A stretch of DNA of 64,000 bases, taken from positions 112,991 through 176,990 of the forward strand of contig DASPLI010000001.1 of NCBI GenBank assembly GCA_035627655.1, read 5' to 3'. This document shows positions 47,534 through 56,805 of this stretch, piece after piece (the first letter of the stretch is position 1; every line of letters starts with the position of its first letter). The translations under genes were made by a program, and so were the position numbers. Origin of the DNA: Minisyncoccota bacterium. GTDB lineage: Bacteria; Patescibacteriota; Minisyncoccia; Phycocordibacterales; Phycocordibacteraceae. Under the pieces are notes generated by a model. It worked only from the letters and a program-made list of their open reading frames with translations. It did not search any database and was not told the DNA's origin.

Positions 47534-47716
47534 TTAGATGATGAAACTACCGACCAAATTCGTCAGCAGGTAGTCGAGCACGCCGATAAACACCGCCACG
47601 AATGCGGAAATCACAATGATGAGAATGGTGTGCTGCACCGCCGTTTTTGGCGCTGGCCAGACAACATGCTTGAGCTCACCGCGCACATTCTTGAGATAGG
47701 TAATGAGACTGTTCAT
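47534..47716 (-). CDS. secE: Preprotein translocase subunit SecE
   Basis: 60 aa. ...VRGELKHVVWPAPKTAVQHTILIIVISAFVAVFIGVLDYLLT..., immediately upstream of nusG. Confidence 0.85.
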   Translation of the reverse strand: MNSLITYLKNVRGELKHVVWPAPKTAVQHTILIIVISAFVAVFIGVLDYLLTNLVGSFII

Positions 47717-47834
47717 GGCGGGTTATTTAAAAACGCCCCTGGGGCGCTTATGTCCGTAGTATACCAGAGCCCTTTTGGGCGTCAATGACAAGGGCCGCCG
47801 CGATAGTATGCGGCGGCCCCAGGAGCCCGAATGC

Positions 47835-48356
47835 TCAGCTTTGCGCAGAAGAAGCGTTTGCGTCGGCGGCCGGTTCGACCGGCTTGGCCTTCGCCTTTTT
47901 CTTCTTCTTTCTCGACAGCGACCCGAAGCGGGCTTTCGCCTGCGCCTCAAGCTCGGGGGTGAGATCCCCGTGCTTTTTGGCTTGGCGGAAGACGTTCTTC
48001 GCCTGCCCCATCAGATTCAGGGGCAGTTTGCCGGTGCCGGTGATCCGGAGGATCGCGCGCAAGGCGTGTTGACAGTCCGTCGCCGGAGTGTCCTTCGTCG
48101 CGTTGTTGAGATAGTCGACGGCCCCGTAGAACGAGGCGACGACGCTCTCCGGACGACGCTTCTGCTGCTTCGGCGCAGGACGATCATTATCGACGACGAC
48201 CGAGAGATGGTCGGCCTTCGACTTGCGCGTCCGCTGCTTCGCCGTTTTCGGGCGAGGCGCGGCAGCGAGATCGACCGGCGCACCGGAGCGAACAGCGGCG
48301 AGCACGGCGGCTGAGCGAGGATCGAGAAACTCTGTGAGAGCGAAGGGTTGAGTCAT
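47835..48356 (-). CDS. Hypothetical basic protein with a Lys-rich C-terminal tail (possible nucleoid-associated or nucleic-acid-binding protein)
   Basis: 173 aa. Tail ...FGSLSRKKKKKAKAKPVEPAADANASSAQS. A near-consensus promoter lies upstream. Confidence 0.45.
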   Translation of the reverse strand: MTQPFALTEFLDPRSAAVLAAVRSGAPVDLAAAPRPKTAKQRTRKSKADHLSVVVDNDRPAPKQQKRRPESVVASFYGAVDYLNNATKDTPATDCQHALRAILRITGTGKLPLNLMGQAKNVFRQAKKHGDLTPELEAQAKARFGSLSRKKKKKAKAKPVEPAADANASSAQS

Positions 48357-48401
48357 TTCCGTATGTCTCCTTCCACAGAATCAGGTGAAACTATTTCACC
48401 C

Positions 48402-48430
48402 TCTGTCTAATACTATATCATAATCAATAT
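48402..48430 (-). promoter_or_regulatory. Near-consensus sigma-70 promoter for the 47835-48356 gene
   Basis: On the minus strand: TTGACA, 17-nt spacer (ttatatattgattatga), TATAGT, within an AT-rich island. Confidence 0.55.
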
Positions 48431-48460
48431 ATAATGTCAAGAATACAAAAACAGCCCCAT
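48430..48460 (-). terminator. Intrinsic terminator after the SIMPL-domain gene
   Basis: GCCCC-ATAC-GGGGC hairpin, followed on the minus strand by TGTTTTTGTATTC. Confidence 0.4.
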
Positions 48461-48489
48461 ACGGGGCCGCTTTTGTGTACGAGAATCGT

Positions 48490-49287
48490 TTAGTGAATCT
48501 CGAACGTGACTGATACCGAGACGGTAGTCTCCTGTTCTCCGGTCGGGAGTGATGGAGCGGATTGTGCAACTTCCATCATGCCTGCACCTCCCTTCCCGTC
48601 GTAGCCGTACATAGGATACGGACCGGTGTTCTCGTAGAAGGAAACGACTTTGCCGAGGCGAACACCGAGCTGGTCGGCAAGCGCTTCTGCTTTTGCCTTA
48701 GCGTTCTCAATTGCTTCTTCGCGAGCAACGTTCTTAATTGCATCGTCCTCGTCAACAGTGAAGTTCGGACCGTAGACGTTCTGTACGCCGAGGCTTCCAA
48801 GTGCCTGAAGGACGTCTCCAGCTTTCGTCGTGTCATGCACCTTCACGTCGACAGTCTGCGATACCTGATAACCCGTAATGCGCGGCGCACTCATCGGGCA
48901 GTAGGTTCCGTAGCACGGCGGCACTGTTGCGTATTCCGGCGAGATTGAGTACGAGGTGGTCTTCAGATCCTTCTCTTCAATGCCGAGATTCTCCATTGTG
49001 GCGAGCGCAGCATCCGTCTTTGCGGTTGCTTCTGCCTGCGCCTCAGCAACGGTCGGTGCGGTTTCAAAAACCGTGAAGCTTACCGTGGCGAGGTTTGGAA
49101 CCATGGTGCCCGTTCCCGTACCCTCAACCGTAATGGTGTTGGTGTAGGACGTGTAGCGACCAAGGTTACCGATCTGATGAATAGTAAGGACGAGGAGGAA
49201 GAGCGCGAGCAGGGACAGCGCTGCCGCAGCGGCATAGCGTACCGGCTTGGTTGCCTTCAAAAACGTCTCAGCGAATGATTCTTGCAT
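48490..49287 (-). CDS. SIMPL-domain (DUF541) periplasmic/secreted protein
   Basis: 265 aa. N-terminal TM anchor; ...ITVEGTGTGTMVPNLATVSFTVFETAPTVAEAQAEATAKTDAALATMENLGIEEKDLKTTSYSISP... is typical of SIMPL/26-kDa periplasmic immunogenic protein family members. Confidence 0.65.
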   Translation of the reverse strand: MQESFAETFLKATKPVRYAAAAALSLLALFLLVLTIHQIGNLGRYTSYTNTITVEGTGTGTMVPNLATVSFTVFETAPTVAEAQAEATAKTDAALATMENLGIEEKDLKTTSYSISPEYATVPPCYGTYCPMSAPRITGYQVSQTVDVKVHDTTKAGDVLQALGSLGVQNVYGPNFTVDEDDAIKNVAREEAIENAKAKAEALADQLGVRLGKVVSFYENTGPYPMYGYDGKGGAGMMEVAQSAPSLPTGEQETTVSVSVTFEIH

Positions 49288-49362
49288 GGTGTTTATATTA
49301 ATTTGTGGTCTTCATGGTAGCACGACGCTTCTAACGCCCATTTGTGACAAAGTGCTATCCTA

Positions 49363-50127
49363 ATGCCTATGATTCCCCTCGCCCAAAGCGTCTTGGCCGT
49401 TGGCGCCCTGAGCCTTATTTCCCTGCTTGGTATCGCTACCTTGTCGCTTCGTCAGGCGGTTATTACTCGCGGCCTCTTTATTCTTATCTCTCTTGCCGCC
49501 GGCGCACTTTTGGGAGATGCATTCATTCACCTCCTTCCGGAAGCATTTGAGGAAGCTTCCGTGCTTACCGTATCGTTTGCGACGCTTGGCGGCATTCTCG
49601 CGTTCTTCGTTCTCGAGAAACTGCTCAACTGGCACCACAACCACGGCGAAGACGAGTATGCGCCGGATCACGCGCAACGCCACCCGGTCGGTCGGCTAGT
49701 ACTCATTTCAGATGCGCTCCATAACATGATCGATGGTCTCGCGATCGGCATCGCATTCCTCGTGTCTCCAGAGGTTGGTATTGGAACGACCCTCGCAATT
49801 GCGCTCCATGAGATTCCGCAGGAGATCGGCGACTTCGGCCTCCTGTTGCATGCCGGCTATACGCGTACCAAGGCGCTCCTCTTTAACTTTGTATCGGCAC
49901 TTACCGCATTCATTGGTCTTGGCATTGCCTTTATGGTCGGAGACACCGTTGCGGGATTCATCCCCGTAGTGACCGCCTTTACTGCCGGCATGTTCATCTA
50001 CATTGCCATGAGCGACATCGTGCCGGAGCTTCAAAAAACCAAGCGGCTACGCAACTCAGTATTACAAATAGCAATGATGCTGGTAGGCATCATCGCTATG
50101 GCACTTCTGCTGGTGCTTGAGGTTTAG
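49363..50127 (+). CDS. ZIP-family divalent metal transporter (ZupT-like)
   Basis: 254 aa, 8 TM helices. ...HNMIDGLAIGIAFLVSPEVGIGTTLAIALHEIPQEIGDFGLLLHAGYTR... Confidence 0.8.
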   Translation: MPMIPLAQSVLAVGALSLISLLGIATLSLRQAVITRGLFILISLAAGALLGDAFIHLLPEAFEEASVLTVSFATLGGILAFFVLEKLLNWHHNHGEDEYAPDHAQRHPVGRLVLISDALHNMIDGLAIGIAFLVSPEVGIGTTLAIALHEIPQEIGDFGLLLHAGYTRTKALLFNFVSALTAFIGLGIAFMVGDTVAGFIPVVTAFTAGMFIYIAMSDIVPELQKTKRLRNSVLQIAMMLVGIIAMALLLVLEV

Positions 50128-50780
50128 CGAAGCTCGACTGAGGCAAGGAGATCGAGCAGTGCCTGGTGCTCCGGCAGATCCGCAACAACAAGATTCGGAT
50201 CCGTCCAATCCACTACATCGTGTTCAATGATCTCGAACCGTAGCACCTGAAACGCGCCGAGCCAGTAGTAAGCGCTGTGCACCTGTGCCTCGAAGCGCTC
50301 AATCACCGTGGCGCGATATTCGCGACCATTTGTAACCACGCTCTCAAAACGCGAGAAATCGGTCGCTTGCATGTCTGCCGGCTGGTAGCGAGTGTTTTCG
50401 AGAATAATATCCTCACCCGGCACACCGTCTGGAACCGTGTACCGGCGAATGATGATGGTATGCTGCGGCGTTCCCGAAAGCGACGGCTTCACGAATGCGG
50501 CAAGCACGGTTGGGTCGGCACCATAGGCGTTTTCATCCGCGTGATATCCGGCTGGCACAACAAACGATAGGCCCGCCTCTGCAACCGATACGCGATTGGT
50601 CACCGGGCACTCGGCAAACTCGCAGGAAGGCGGGATACGCCCAACCGAAGTTCCGTCTGGGCAGATCTTCGCCTCTTCCGTACAGGCAACGGTCGGCGAC
50701 TGTTCGGAAACGGTGCGGTAAAAGAATCCGCCGATGCCAATCAAGAGAATAAGTACAATGCCAAAGATAAGTGATTTCAT
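50124..50780 (-). CDS. Hypothetical secreted protein (N-terminal TM/signal, Cys-containing mature domain)
   Basis: 218 aa. MKSLIFGIVLILLIGIGGFFY..., then ...CTEEAKICPDGTSVGRIPPSCEFAECP... Stop and start overlaps with neighbouring genes. Confidence 0.45.
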   Translation of the reverse strand: MKSLIFGIVLILLIGIGGFFYRTVSEQSPTVACTEEAKICPDGTSVGRIPPSCEFAECPVTNRVSVAEAGLSFVVPAGYHADENAYGADPTVLAAFVKPSLSGTPQHTIIIRRYTVPDGVPGEDIILENTRYQPADMQATDFSRFESVVTNGREYRATVIERFEAQVHSAYYWLGAFQVLRFEIIEHDVVDWTDPNLVVADLPEHQALLDLLASVELR

Positions 50781-51172
50781 ATGCGGGTAGTAGGGTTTTT
50801 AAGCAGGTCTCGGATTTCCTCAAGCAATTCAATATCCCGGGGTGTTGTTGCAGGCGTCGCTTCAGCATGCGCCTTGCGAACAAATTTATTGATGAACTTG
50901 ACGAGGAGGAAGAGCGCGAAGGCGGTAATAATAAAGTTCACCGCGACCTGAATGAAGTGGCCGTACGCGATGACCGCCTCTCCCCCAAGCCCGAAGGTGA
51001 GCGCGCTGAAGTCTACCCCGCCCATCAGGCGTCCGATCGGCGGCGTCAGGATATCGGTCACGAGCGAATTGGTAACTGCAGTAAACGCTGCGCCGATCAC
51101 CACGCCGACCGCCAGATCAAGCGCGTTGCCGCGAATCGCAAACGTTTTGAATTCTTGCCATAAGGAAGTCAT
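50777..51172 (-). CDS. mscL: Large-conductance mechanosensitive channel
   Basis: 131 aa. ...FKTFAIRGNALDLAVGVVIGAAFTAVTNSLVTDILTPPIG... Confidence 0.9.
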   Translation of the reverse strand: MTSLWQEFKTFAIRGNALDLAVGVVIGAAFTAVTNSLVTDILTPPIGRLMGGVDFSALTFGLGGEAVIAYGHFIQVAVNFIITAFALFLLVKFINKFVRKAHAEATPATTPRDIELLEEIRDLLKNPTTRI

Positions 51173-51180
51173 GGTTCGGA

Positions 51181-51216
51181 GTATAACAAAAACGGGAAGG
51201 CTGGAGCCTTCCCGTT
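51181..51216 (-). terminator. Intrinsic terminator after thpR
   Basis: ACGGGAAGGC-TGGA-GCCTTCCCGT, followed on the minus strand by TTTTTGTTATAC. Confidence 0.6.
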
Positions 51217-51223
51217 CAAAGAA

Positions 51224-51802
51224 CTATGCGACGAGCTGTTTGCCCCCTAGGTGGTAGGACGTTTCCGCCTGCCACACGTCCTGCTGCTTTCCAAACACCG
51301 TCAGGCCCGAACACGACACTGAGAGTTTGAGGGCAGCCGACTGTTCGCAGTACGCTTGCGCGCATGCGTCCCGTACGTCCGTGAAGCGTTCCGCCGGAAA
51401 CTTCCGCGCAACACTGACGTGCGGGAAAAACTGCGGCCGCAGTATCGGATGACCCAGATCACTGTGCAGCGTAGCGCGAAACGCGGTGAATCGGTTCCGA
51501 TCGCTTGCAAGCAGGCAGACGGTGTCTTCCTGCAAGACGCCAAGCAGCTCAAGCTGAAACGTAAACGGCGCGTGCCGCTGACTAAACCGAGTGAGCTTAT
51601 GCTCGAGACGGCTATCCTGTTCGCTGCTTCGCGTTCGAAATGGCGAAACAAGCGTCAGGTGGAATGGGCTCTTGCCGTGCGAAATAGTGAGTGCTTCGCA
51701 GCCAGGACGATTTTGAACCAGCTCTTGCGCCCGTGCTTGTAACGCAGCAAGCGCACTTGCAACGGACGGCGGCATTAAAATGCCAATGAACACTTCCCGC
51801 AT
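51224..51802 (-). CDS. thpR: RNA 2',3'-cyclic phosphodiesterase (2H phosphoesterase, LigT/ThpR)
   Basis: Two HxT/S motifs are present (...SPFHLTLVSP... and ...FFPHVSVARKF...). Start chosen at MREVFIGIL. Confidence 0.65.
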   Translation of the reverse strand: MREVFIGILMPPSVASALAALQARAQELVQNRPGCEALTISHGKSPFHLTLVSPFRTRSSEQDSRLEHKLTRFSQRHAPFTFQLELLGVLQEDTVCLLASDRNRFTAFRATLHSDLGHPILRPQFFPHVSVARKFPAERFTDVRDACAQAYCEQSAALKLSVSCSGLTVFGKQQDVWQAETSYHLGGKQLVA

Positions 51803-51877
51803 GATGTGTACTCCATGCAAGGGAATACTCCCTCTAAAATTGAGGATACGTGGTTACGATACGTGCGTCAAAATGTT

Positions 51878-51952
51878 GGGCGACCTATGGGACTCGAACC
51901 CATAACCGCCTGGACCACAACCAGGAGCTCTACCAATTGAGCTAAGGCCGCC
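51878..51952 (-). tRNA. tRNA-His (anticodon GTG) with genomically encoded G-1
   Basis: rc GGCGGCCTTAGCTCAATTGGTAGAGCTCCTGGTTGTGGTCCAGGCGGTTATGGGTTCGAGTCCCATAGGTCGCCC. The anticodon loop is TTGTGGT. An extra 5' G pairs with discriminator C73. No CCA is encoded. Confidence 0.85.
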
Positions 51953-51999
51953 ATGTGAACGGTGTTCCTTATACCACGCGCACTGCGCAGACGAAAGCG

Positions 52000-52191
52000 T
52001 TACGCGTGCGTCTCGCGAAGGAAATACCAGCCGAAATGCGTGACAAAGAGAATAAGTTGTAGCGACAGCGCAAGAATTGTTGCGTGCCAAAGTTCGCCCG
52101 TGGTGGCGTAGAAGAAAACTTCCGTTATCAAAAATGCAATAGCACGCCACTCAAGTGATACCTTCATCGATTTGATAAGGCGTTGCTTCAT
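52000..52191 (-). CDS. Small two-TM membrane protein (DUF2061-like)
   Basis: 63 aa. MKQRLIKSMKVSLEWRAIAFLITEVFFYATTGELWHATILALSLQLILFVTHFGWYFLRETHA. Confidence 0.4.
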   Translation of the reverse strand: MKQRLIKSMKVSLEWRAIAFLITEVFFYATTGELWHATILALSLQLILFVTHFGWYFLRETHA

Positions 52192-52244
52192 AAAATAATC
52201 ATGCCACTTAATGCCTACACGACAAGCTGTGTATAACGCCTGGC

Positions 52245-52718
52245 TTATATGAAGTTTGCTGCCTCTGTCTTCAGAATTCCTATCGCCTCTTCAAGCGTCT
52301 CGCACTTTTGAATGTTGTAACTAATACAAACGATATCCACATTCCCTTTTCGCCAGAAACCTTCGGGGCAGACCACGAGCAGCTTGCTGCTTCGCGCAAA
52401 GAGCCCAAGCTCCAAAAGAGAAATGGGAGATTTTGTCTCAGGCGAAAAATACATCAAGATTCGGTCTGCACTTTCAAGACCAGCAAGCTCCCACTCCACC
52501 TGATTTCGAAAGGGACCAGCATCTTCTCGTTGCTCCCACGAAGGGTCCCATGATTCGTGGCGTGGATTGAGCACCACCCAGTCTGTTTCCTCAAGCATTT
52601 CCTCCACGCGCTCCTGCCAATCATCTGCCGTTCCCATCTCGATAGAACCGGCGAGAAAGAGCCGGGGCCTGCCTTCGGGAGCGGGATGCGGCGGCTTATA
52701 TACCTTCATTGCTTGCAT
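52245..52718 (-). CDS. Nucleoside 2-deoxyribosyltransferase-like protein
   Basis: Start at MQAMKVYKPPHPAPEGRPRLFLAGSIEMGTADDWQERV... (LAGS...DW motif of the PF05014/PF15891 families). The ORF-track start at 52811 would overlap tRNA-Leu and is rejected. Confidence 0.5.
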   Translation of the reverse strand: MQAMKVYKPPHPAPEGRPRLFLAGSIEMGTADDWQERVEEMLEETDWVVLNPRHESWDPSWEQREDAGPFRNQVEWELAGLESADRILMYFSPETKSPISLLELGLFARSSKLLVVCPEGFWRKGNVDIVCISYNIQKCETLEEAIGILKTEAANFI

Positions 52719-52766
52719 GATAACGCACGAAGGCGCCCGATCGGGCGCCTTCGTTTGTATGTTTTG

Positions 52767-52848
52767 TGCCCAGGAGAGGACTCGAACCTCCACCCCTTTC
52801 GGGACTACCACCTCAAGGTAGCGTGTATACCAATTTCACCACCTGGGC
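52767..52848 (-). tRNA. tRNA-Leu (anticodon GAG), long variable arm
   Basis: rc GCCCAGGTGGTGAAATTGGTATACACGCTACCTTGAGGTGGTAGTCCCGAAAGGGGTGGAGGTTCGAGTCCTCTCCTGGGCA. The anticodon arm is CTACC-TTGAGGT-GGTAG. Confidence 0.85.
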
Positions 52849-52890
52849 AGGTGCGAACTCGCCCACTATACGAGAAACGGCCCGCAAACG

Positions 52891-53436
52891 CTAGGCCGTT
52901 GCCTTCTCTTCTGACTCCGCTGCCGGAGCTTCCTCAGTAGGAGCTGCAGCAACTTCTGCTTCCGCTACCGTCTCTTCTGCTGGAGCGGCGACAACTTCCT
53001 CTGCCGGAGCCTCTTCAACAGGAGCTGCCTCAGCAACAACCGGGGTCTCCTCTGGCTTCTGTGCGAAGTCGTCTGTCGAGACATTCATCATGCGCATGTT
53101 GCGAAGCTGGCGGCGAACTTCGCGAGCAACCTTCTCGCGGATGAAGTAGAGCTTTGCACGGCGGACCTTCGAGCGGCGTACGATCTCAATCTTTTCGATG
53201 AAGGGAGCGTAGAGCGGGAAAATGCGCTCGACGCCAATGCCAGAGAGCGTTGCGCGTACCGTGAAGGTGGCGCCCGCCTCCGTACCGTGCTTCACCGCAA
53301 GCACCAGGCCTTCAAAGGTCTGGGTACGGGTCTTTCCCTTTTCGACGATCTTCTGATGGACACGAACCGTATCCCCGGGACGGACCCCGAGTTTCTGGCG
53401 CTCCTCGATCGCAACTGGCGTGATAACACCTGCCAT
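52891..53436 (-). CDS. rplS: 50S ribosomal protein L19 with an acidic Ala/Glu/Pro-rich C-terminal extension
   Basis: 181 aa. ...[43 protein letters not shown]... followed by ~60 aa of AEEAPA-type low complexity. Confidence 0.85.
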   Translation of the reverse strand: MAGVITPVAIEERQKLGVRPGDTVRVHQKIVEKGKTRTQTFEGLVLAVKHGTEAGATFTVRATLSGIGVERIFPLYAPFIEKIEIVRRSKVRRAKLYFIREKVAREVRRQLRNMRMMNVSTDDFAQKPEETPVVAEAAPVEEAPAEEVVAAPAEETVAEAEVAAAPTEEAPAAESEEKATA

Positions 53437-53460
53437 AGATGCCGCACTCTAGCATGAGGC

Positions 53461-54201
53461 TTAGAGGGAAGCAACGATCCCGGCTCCATCGGGGAAAGTC
53501 TCGACTGCAGCCGCGAAGTCTGCCGGGAGCGGAGACCGGAGCGTTACCCGTTCCCCATCCGGGAGTGGGAGCTCTAAACTGAGCGCGTGGAGCGCCAGGC
53601 GCGTAAAGCCAAGGCCCTGTTTTTTACCCGGAGCATAGAGCGGATCGGCGACAACCGGATGATGAATGGCCTTGAGATGCACCCGGATCTGGTGCGTACG
53701 GCCTGTTTCCGGAATCAGTTGTATAAGCGCGTACTCCCCTGCTTCGGCAAGCACCTGGTAGTGCGTGATGGCATCCCGGAGCATGCCTTTTGCCTTTGGC
53801 TGCGCGGAGCGGAGGCGGAAGTCTTGGCGCGAACGGCCAATAGGAAAATCAATCGTTCCTTTCTTTTCTTTCGGCGCCCCGTACGTTACGGCAATATAGG
53901 TCTTCTTGGTATCGCGTCCTTGAAACGCCGCCTTAAGGAATGCGTGCGCGTCCTGCGTTTTTGCAAACACCAGAACACCGGACGTGTCGCGGTCGAGCCG
54001 ATGCACGACGCCCGGGCGGAGCAACTCGCTTCCATCTGGAAGTCGCTGCGTCTCGCCAACCGTCGCGGAAGCGGGATACTGAGCGGCAAACCAGTCGCTT
54101 GCCGTCTCTTCGGTGTTTCGCCCATCAGGATGCGTCATGATGCCTGCCGGCTTGTTTACCGCAACGATGGCATCGTTCTCAAAGAGGATCGGAAGCTCCA
54201 T
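53461..54201 (-). CDS. RluA-family pseudouridine synthase
   Basis: 246 aa. ...GVVHRLDRDTSGVLVFAKT... (catalytic Asp motif) and ...GRTHQIRVHL... Confidence 0.8.
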   Translation of the reverse strand: MELPILFENDAIVAVNKPAGIMTHPDGRNTEETASDWFAAQYPASATVGETQRLPDGSELLRPGVVHRLDRDTSGVLVFAKTQDAHAFLKAAFQGRDTKKTYIAVTYGAPKEKKGTIDFPIGRSRQDFRLRSAQPKAKGMLRDAITHYQVLAEAGEYALIQLIPETGRTHQIRVHLKAIHHPVVADPLYAPGKKQGLGFTRLALHALSLELPLPDGERVTLRSPLPADFAAAVETFPDGAGIVASL

Positions 54202-54242
54202 ACTTCCAAAAGTACCCTAAATCGGCTATCGTGCACACTGTA

Positions 54243-54318
54243 GCGCGCTTAGCTCAGTTGGTAGAGCATCCCGTTTACACCGGGCAGGTCGGGGGTTCGA
54301 GTCCCTCAGCGCGCACCA
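54243..54318 (+). tRNA. tRNA-Val (anticodon TAC), CCA encoded
   Basis: GCGCGCTTAGCTCAGTTGGTAGAGCATCCCGTTTACACCGGGCAGGTCGGGGGTTCGAGTCCCTCAGCGCGCACCA. Confidence 0.85.
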
Positions 54319-54339
54319 CTAGGCTATACTGCAAGGTAT

Positions 54340-55599
54340 ATGCCTGAATTTCCTCCGCGTACTGGCGAGCGCAATGAATGGTGGCGACGACTCGGACGAC
54401 GAGCCATGACTCCGTTTGTAGGTATGGAAGCAATTTGGCAGGACGCGCAGAAAGCGTCTGCTGAACGAGAACTTAAATGGGAAGAGGTAACGTCGAGCCT
54501 CTACCACTTCCCTGAGTGGGCGATGCTCGATCTTCGTGCACAATGGGAAGCATTTCGTTTTGAACAGCTGCAAAAGCCAAAAAATCAGGAGCGTGTTGAG
54601 GGGCGACGAGAAAAGATCCAGGAACTCCACGATGATCTTGCCGCAGAAGAACACCTGCTGCAGGAGCGCATATATGCATGGCGCACGCAAACGGAAGAAG
54701 CGCTGGATGCATTCAATGACGACCTACAGGAGCTCACCGGAAACCGCCTGGCCTGGAAGGACAAAACCTTCGACTCCCTCCTGTCGACAGTGGAGGTGAC
54801 GATGGAAGCGCTCAAAGAGCAGATGAAGATGATTGAGAAGCATGGCACACACGTCGCACAACAAAGTGAAAATGTTGCCGGTGAGTTGCAGTCGTACGAA
54901 CAGATACACACGAACACAGGTGAAGCGATCAAGCGGTTGAAACTCTTCAAGCGCGATCTGATTGTTTCTTGGGGTGAAGATGTAACAAAGCTCGGTACAG
55001 AGGAAACCATACCGGACATCGCCCATCGGATTACCAAAAAGCGCGCGAAGCTTGAGAAGGCGCTGAAGAGTGAAGGTACGCCTGAAGCTATCGCCATGCG
55101 CCGACAGCAGCTTGTTGCTGAACGTGATGCGCTCCTTGAAAGCGTCGATCACGCGAAACTCCGCATTGAGATGTACCGCCGCAAGCTCAACGAAAAGAAG
55201 AGCGCCATCAAGGAACTGCTTGCCGGTAACGATCCACGCATTGCACAGGAGCAGCGTGAACGAGCAGGTATTGAAGTATTCTTGGATCAGCTTGCTGGGT
55301 ATGAGAGTCTTGCTGTTCGATTCGAAACACCGGAGATGGTGCGACTCTCCACTGAGCATGCCGAGACCGTACGCGATCTCGGCGACCGTCCGCTCGCTAT
55401 CGATCTCGAGCGCATACTTGAACGCACGCCGGTACCTAATGATTTGCGTCTTACCCTTGAGCAGTCGTTCGGCGAACGGTATGAACCCGTTACGCTCGAT
55501 CAGGTGCGCGGACTGCGCAATATTGTTCTTGGGTACGTGCACTACACGTATACTGAACCCGATACCCAAACGCCTGATGAACTAACTGAAGCTGCATGA
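54340..55599 (+). CDS. Hypothetical coiled-coil protein
   Basis: 419 aa, extensively heptad-like and E/K/R/Q-rich. No family recognised. Flanked by tRNA genes. Confidence 0.45.
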   Translation: MPEFPPRTGERNEWWRRLGRRAMTPFVGMEAIWQDAQKASAERELKWEEVTSSLYHFPEWAMLDLRAQWEAFRFEQLQKPKNQERVEGRREKIQELHDDLAAEEHLLQERIYAWRTQTEEALDAFNDDLQELTGNRLAWKDKTFDSLLSTVEVTMEALKEQMKMIEKHGTHVAQQSENVAGELQSYEQIHTNTGEAIKRLKLFKRDLIVSWGEDVTKLGTEETIPDIAHRITKKRAKLEKALKSEGTPEAIAMRRQQLVAERDALLESVDHAKLRIEMYRRKLNEKKSAIKELLAGNDPRIAQEQRERAGIEVFLDQLAGYESLAVRFETPEMVRLSTEHAETVRDLGDRPLAIDLERILERTPVPNDLRLTLEQSFGERYEPVTLDQVRGLRNIVLGYVHYTYTEPDTQTPDELTEAA

Positions 55600-55820
55600 C
55601 CGTCGCCTCCCTCATCGCCCAATTCCTCTCCGAACCGGTTCTTTATCCGCTTCTCAAAGAGCCTGAGCTAGAATCAATCGCGAAACGCGAGCCGGCCTCC
55701 TTGCTCTCACCTGCAGATATCGCCAAAGTGCTTGCGCTCTTTGATCGTATTGAAAGCGTGCTTGATACTGAAGAAAAGAAACTTTCCCGCTACGAAGCGG
55801 AGCTTGTTGCAATGCAATAG
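55596..55820 (+). CDS. Hypothetical small protein
   Basis: 74 aa. Its start overlaps the upstream stop (ATGA), suggesting translational coupling. Confidence 0.4.
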   Translation: MTVASLIAQFLSEPVLYPLLKEPELESIAKREPASLLSPADIAKVLALFDRIESVLDTEEKKLSRYEAELVAMQ

Positions 55821-55822
55821 TG

Positions 55823-55904
55823 TGCCCAGAAGAGGATTCGAACCTCCAACCCTTGCGGGATACGCTTCTGAGGCGTACGCGTATACCAATTCCGCCACCT
55901 GGGC
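55823..55904 (-). tRNA. tRNA-Leu (anticodon CAG)
   Basis: rc GCCCAGGTGGCGGAATTGGTATACGCGTACGCCTCAGAAGCGTATCCCGCAAGGGTTGGAGGTTCGAATCCTCTTCTGGGCA. Confidence 0.85.
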
Positions 55905-55918
55905 AGGTGTGCTGCTTG

Positions 55919-55990
55919 CGCCCCCAGAAGGAATCGAACCTCCATCAAGAGCTTAGAAGTCTCCTGCTCTATCCATTGAGCTATGGGGGC
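55919..55990 (-). tRNA. tRNA-Arg (anticodon TCT)
   Basis: rc GCCCCCATAGCTCAATGGATAGAGCAGGAGACTTCTAAGCTCTTGATGGAGGTTCGATTCCTTCTGGGGGCG. The anticodon stem has one A·G mismatch. Confidence 0.75.
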
Positions 55991-56011
55991 ACGTACTGCT
56001 ACCCTACCGCA

Positions 56012-56305
56012 TCAGCGAGAGGGGTCAACGAATTGATATTCAGTACTGTAGCGTGCGCCTTCTTCAAGCTGCGCACGAAACGCATCCTGCAGTCCCTCAA
56101 CGCCAGCAGTGGTGATATGTGTCGGCGTTGCAGACGCCGCTTCGCCCGAGAGAACACGCAGGAAGAACGACGTATTCCACCAAACACTGATTGCAAGCGC
56201 GAGCAATGCGCACGCAAGAATGATGAGCCAGTCGCGTTCAGGATGTCGCCCACCAAGACCTTTAGGCAGTGACAGCTGCGTTAGATTTTTGGGGAGTGAA
56301 ATCAT
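56012..56305 (-). CDS. Hypothetical small membrane protein, fourth gene of the pilMNO-like operon (PilP-like position)
   Basis: Start MISLPKNLTQ overlaps the upstream stop (ATGA). One TM helix (LIILACALLALAISVWW). Confidence 0.4.
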   Translation of the reverse strand: MISLPKNLTQLSLPKGLGGRHPERDWLIILACALLALAISVWWNTSFFLRVLSGEAASATPTHITTAGVEGLQDAFRAQLEEGARYSTEYQFVDPSR

Positions 56306-56805
56306 GGTGTAAGTGCAGCGACGGACATGCGGTAGGTAGCGCGCCACGAACTGTCGCCCCGGGCATCGAGCGATAGTGCGCCAGTTGCTCCTGCATATGG
56401 TCCATGTTCAAGCGCTCCAATCGTGCGCATGACCGCTTCAAACGACCCTTCAATGGAAAGCGCGATGGTGATGCGTCCGTTTTCAACATCTGAAACCGAA
56501 GCAATATCTACCGACGCCCCATGCGTTCGTCCCATCACTTCAAGCGTCTCAAGAAAGGCAACAACATCTTCTTCAGAAACTGCGTGCGTTGCGACAAACG
56601 CCTCTCCTTCGGCAAGCTCTTCTGCAGCGAGCCGTGCTGTCGCCGAAAGTGCGCGCGCACCACTCTTCTCTTCAATCTGCGCGGCAAGTGAACGAGCATC
56701 TTCGGCCGTTGCTTCAACGCGCGCAAGCCAGAACCAGTACGCGCCAATGGAAACAACCGCAAGCAATACGGCGATCACAGTATGGCTGAGGGCTGGGTTT
56801 TTCAT
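56302..56805 (-). CDS. pilO: Type IV pilus assembly protein PilO-like
   Basis: 167 aa. N-terminal TM (VIAVLLAVVSIGAYWFW), a coiled segment, then a soluble domain. Position and topology match PilO. Confidence 0.45.
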   Translation of the reverse strand: MKNPALSHTVIAVLLAVVSIGAYWFWLARVEATAEDARSLAAQIEEKSGARALSATARLAAEELAEGEAFVATHAVSEEDVVAFLETLEVMGRTHGASVDIASVSDVENGRITIALSIEGSFEAVMRTIGALEHGPYAGATGALSLDARGDSSWRATYRMSVAALTP

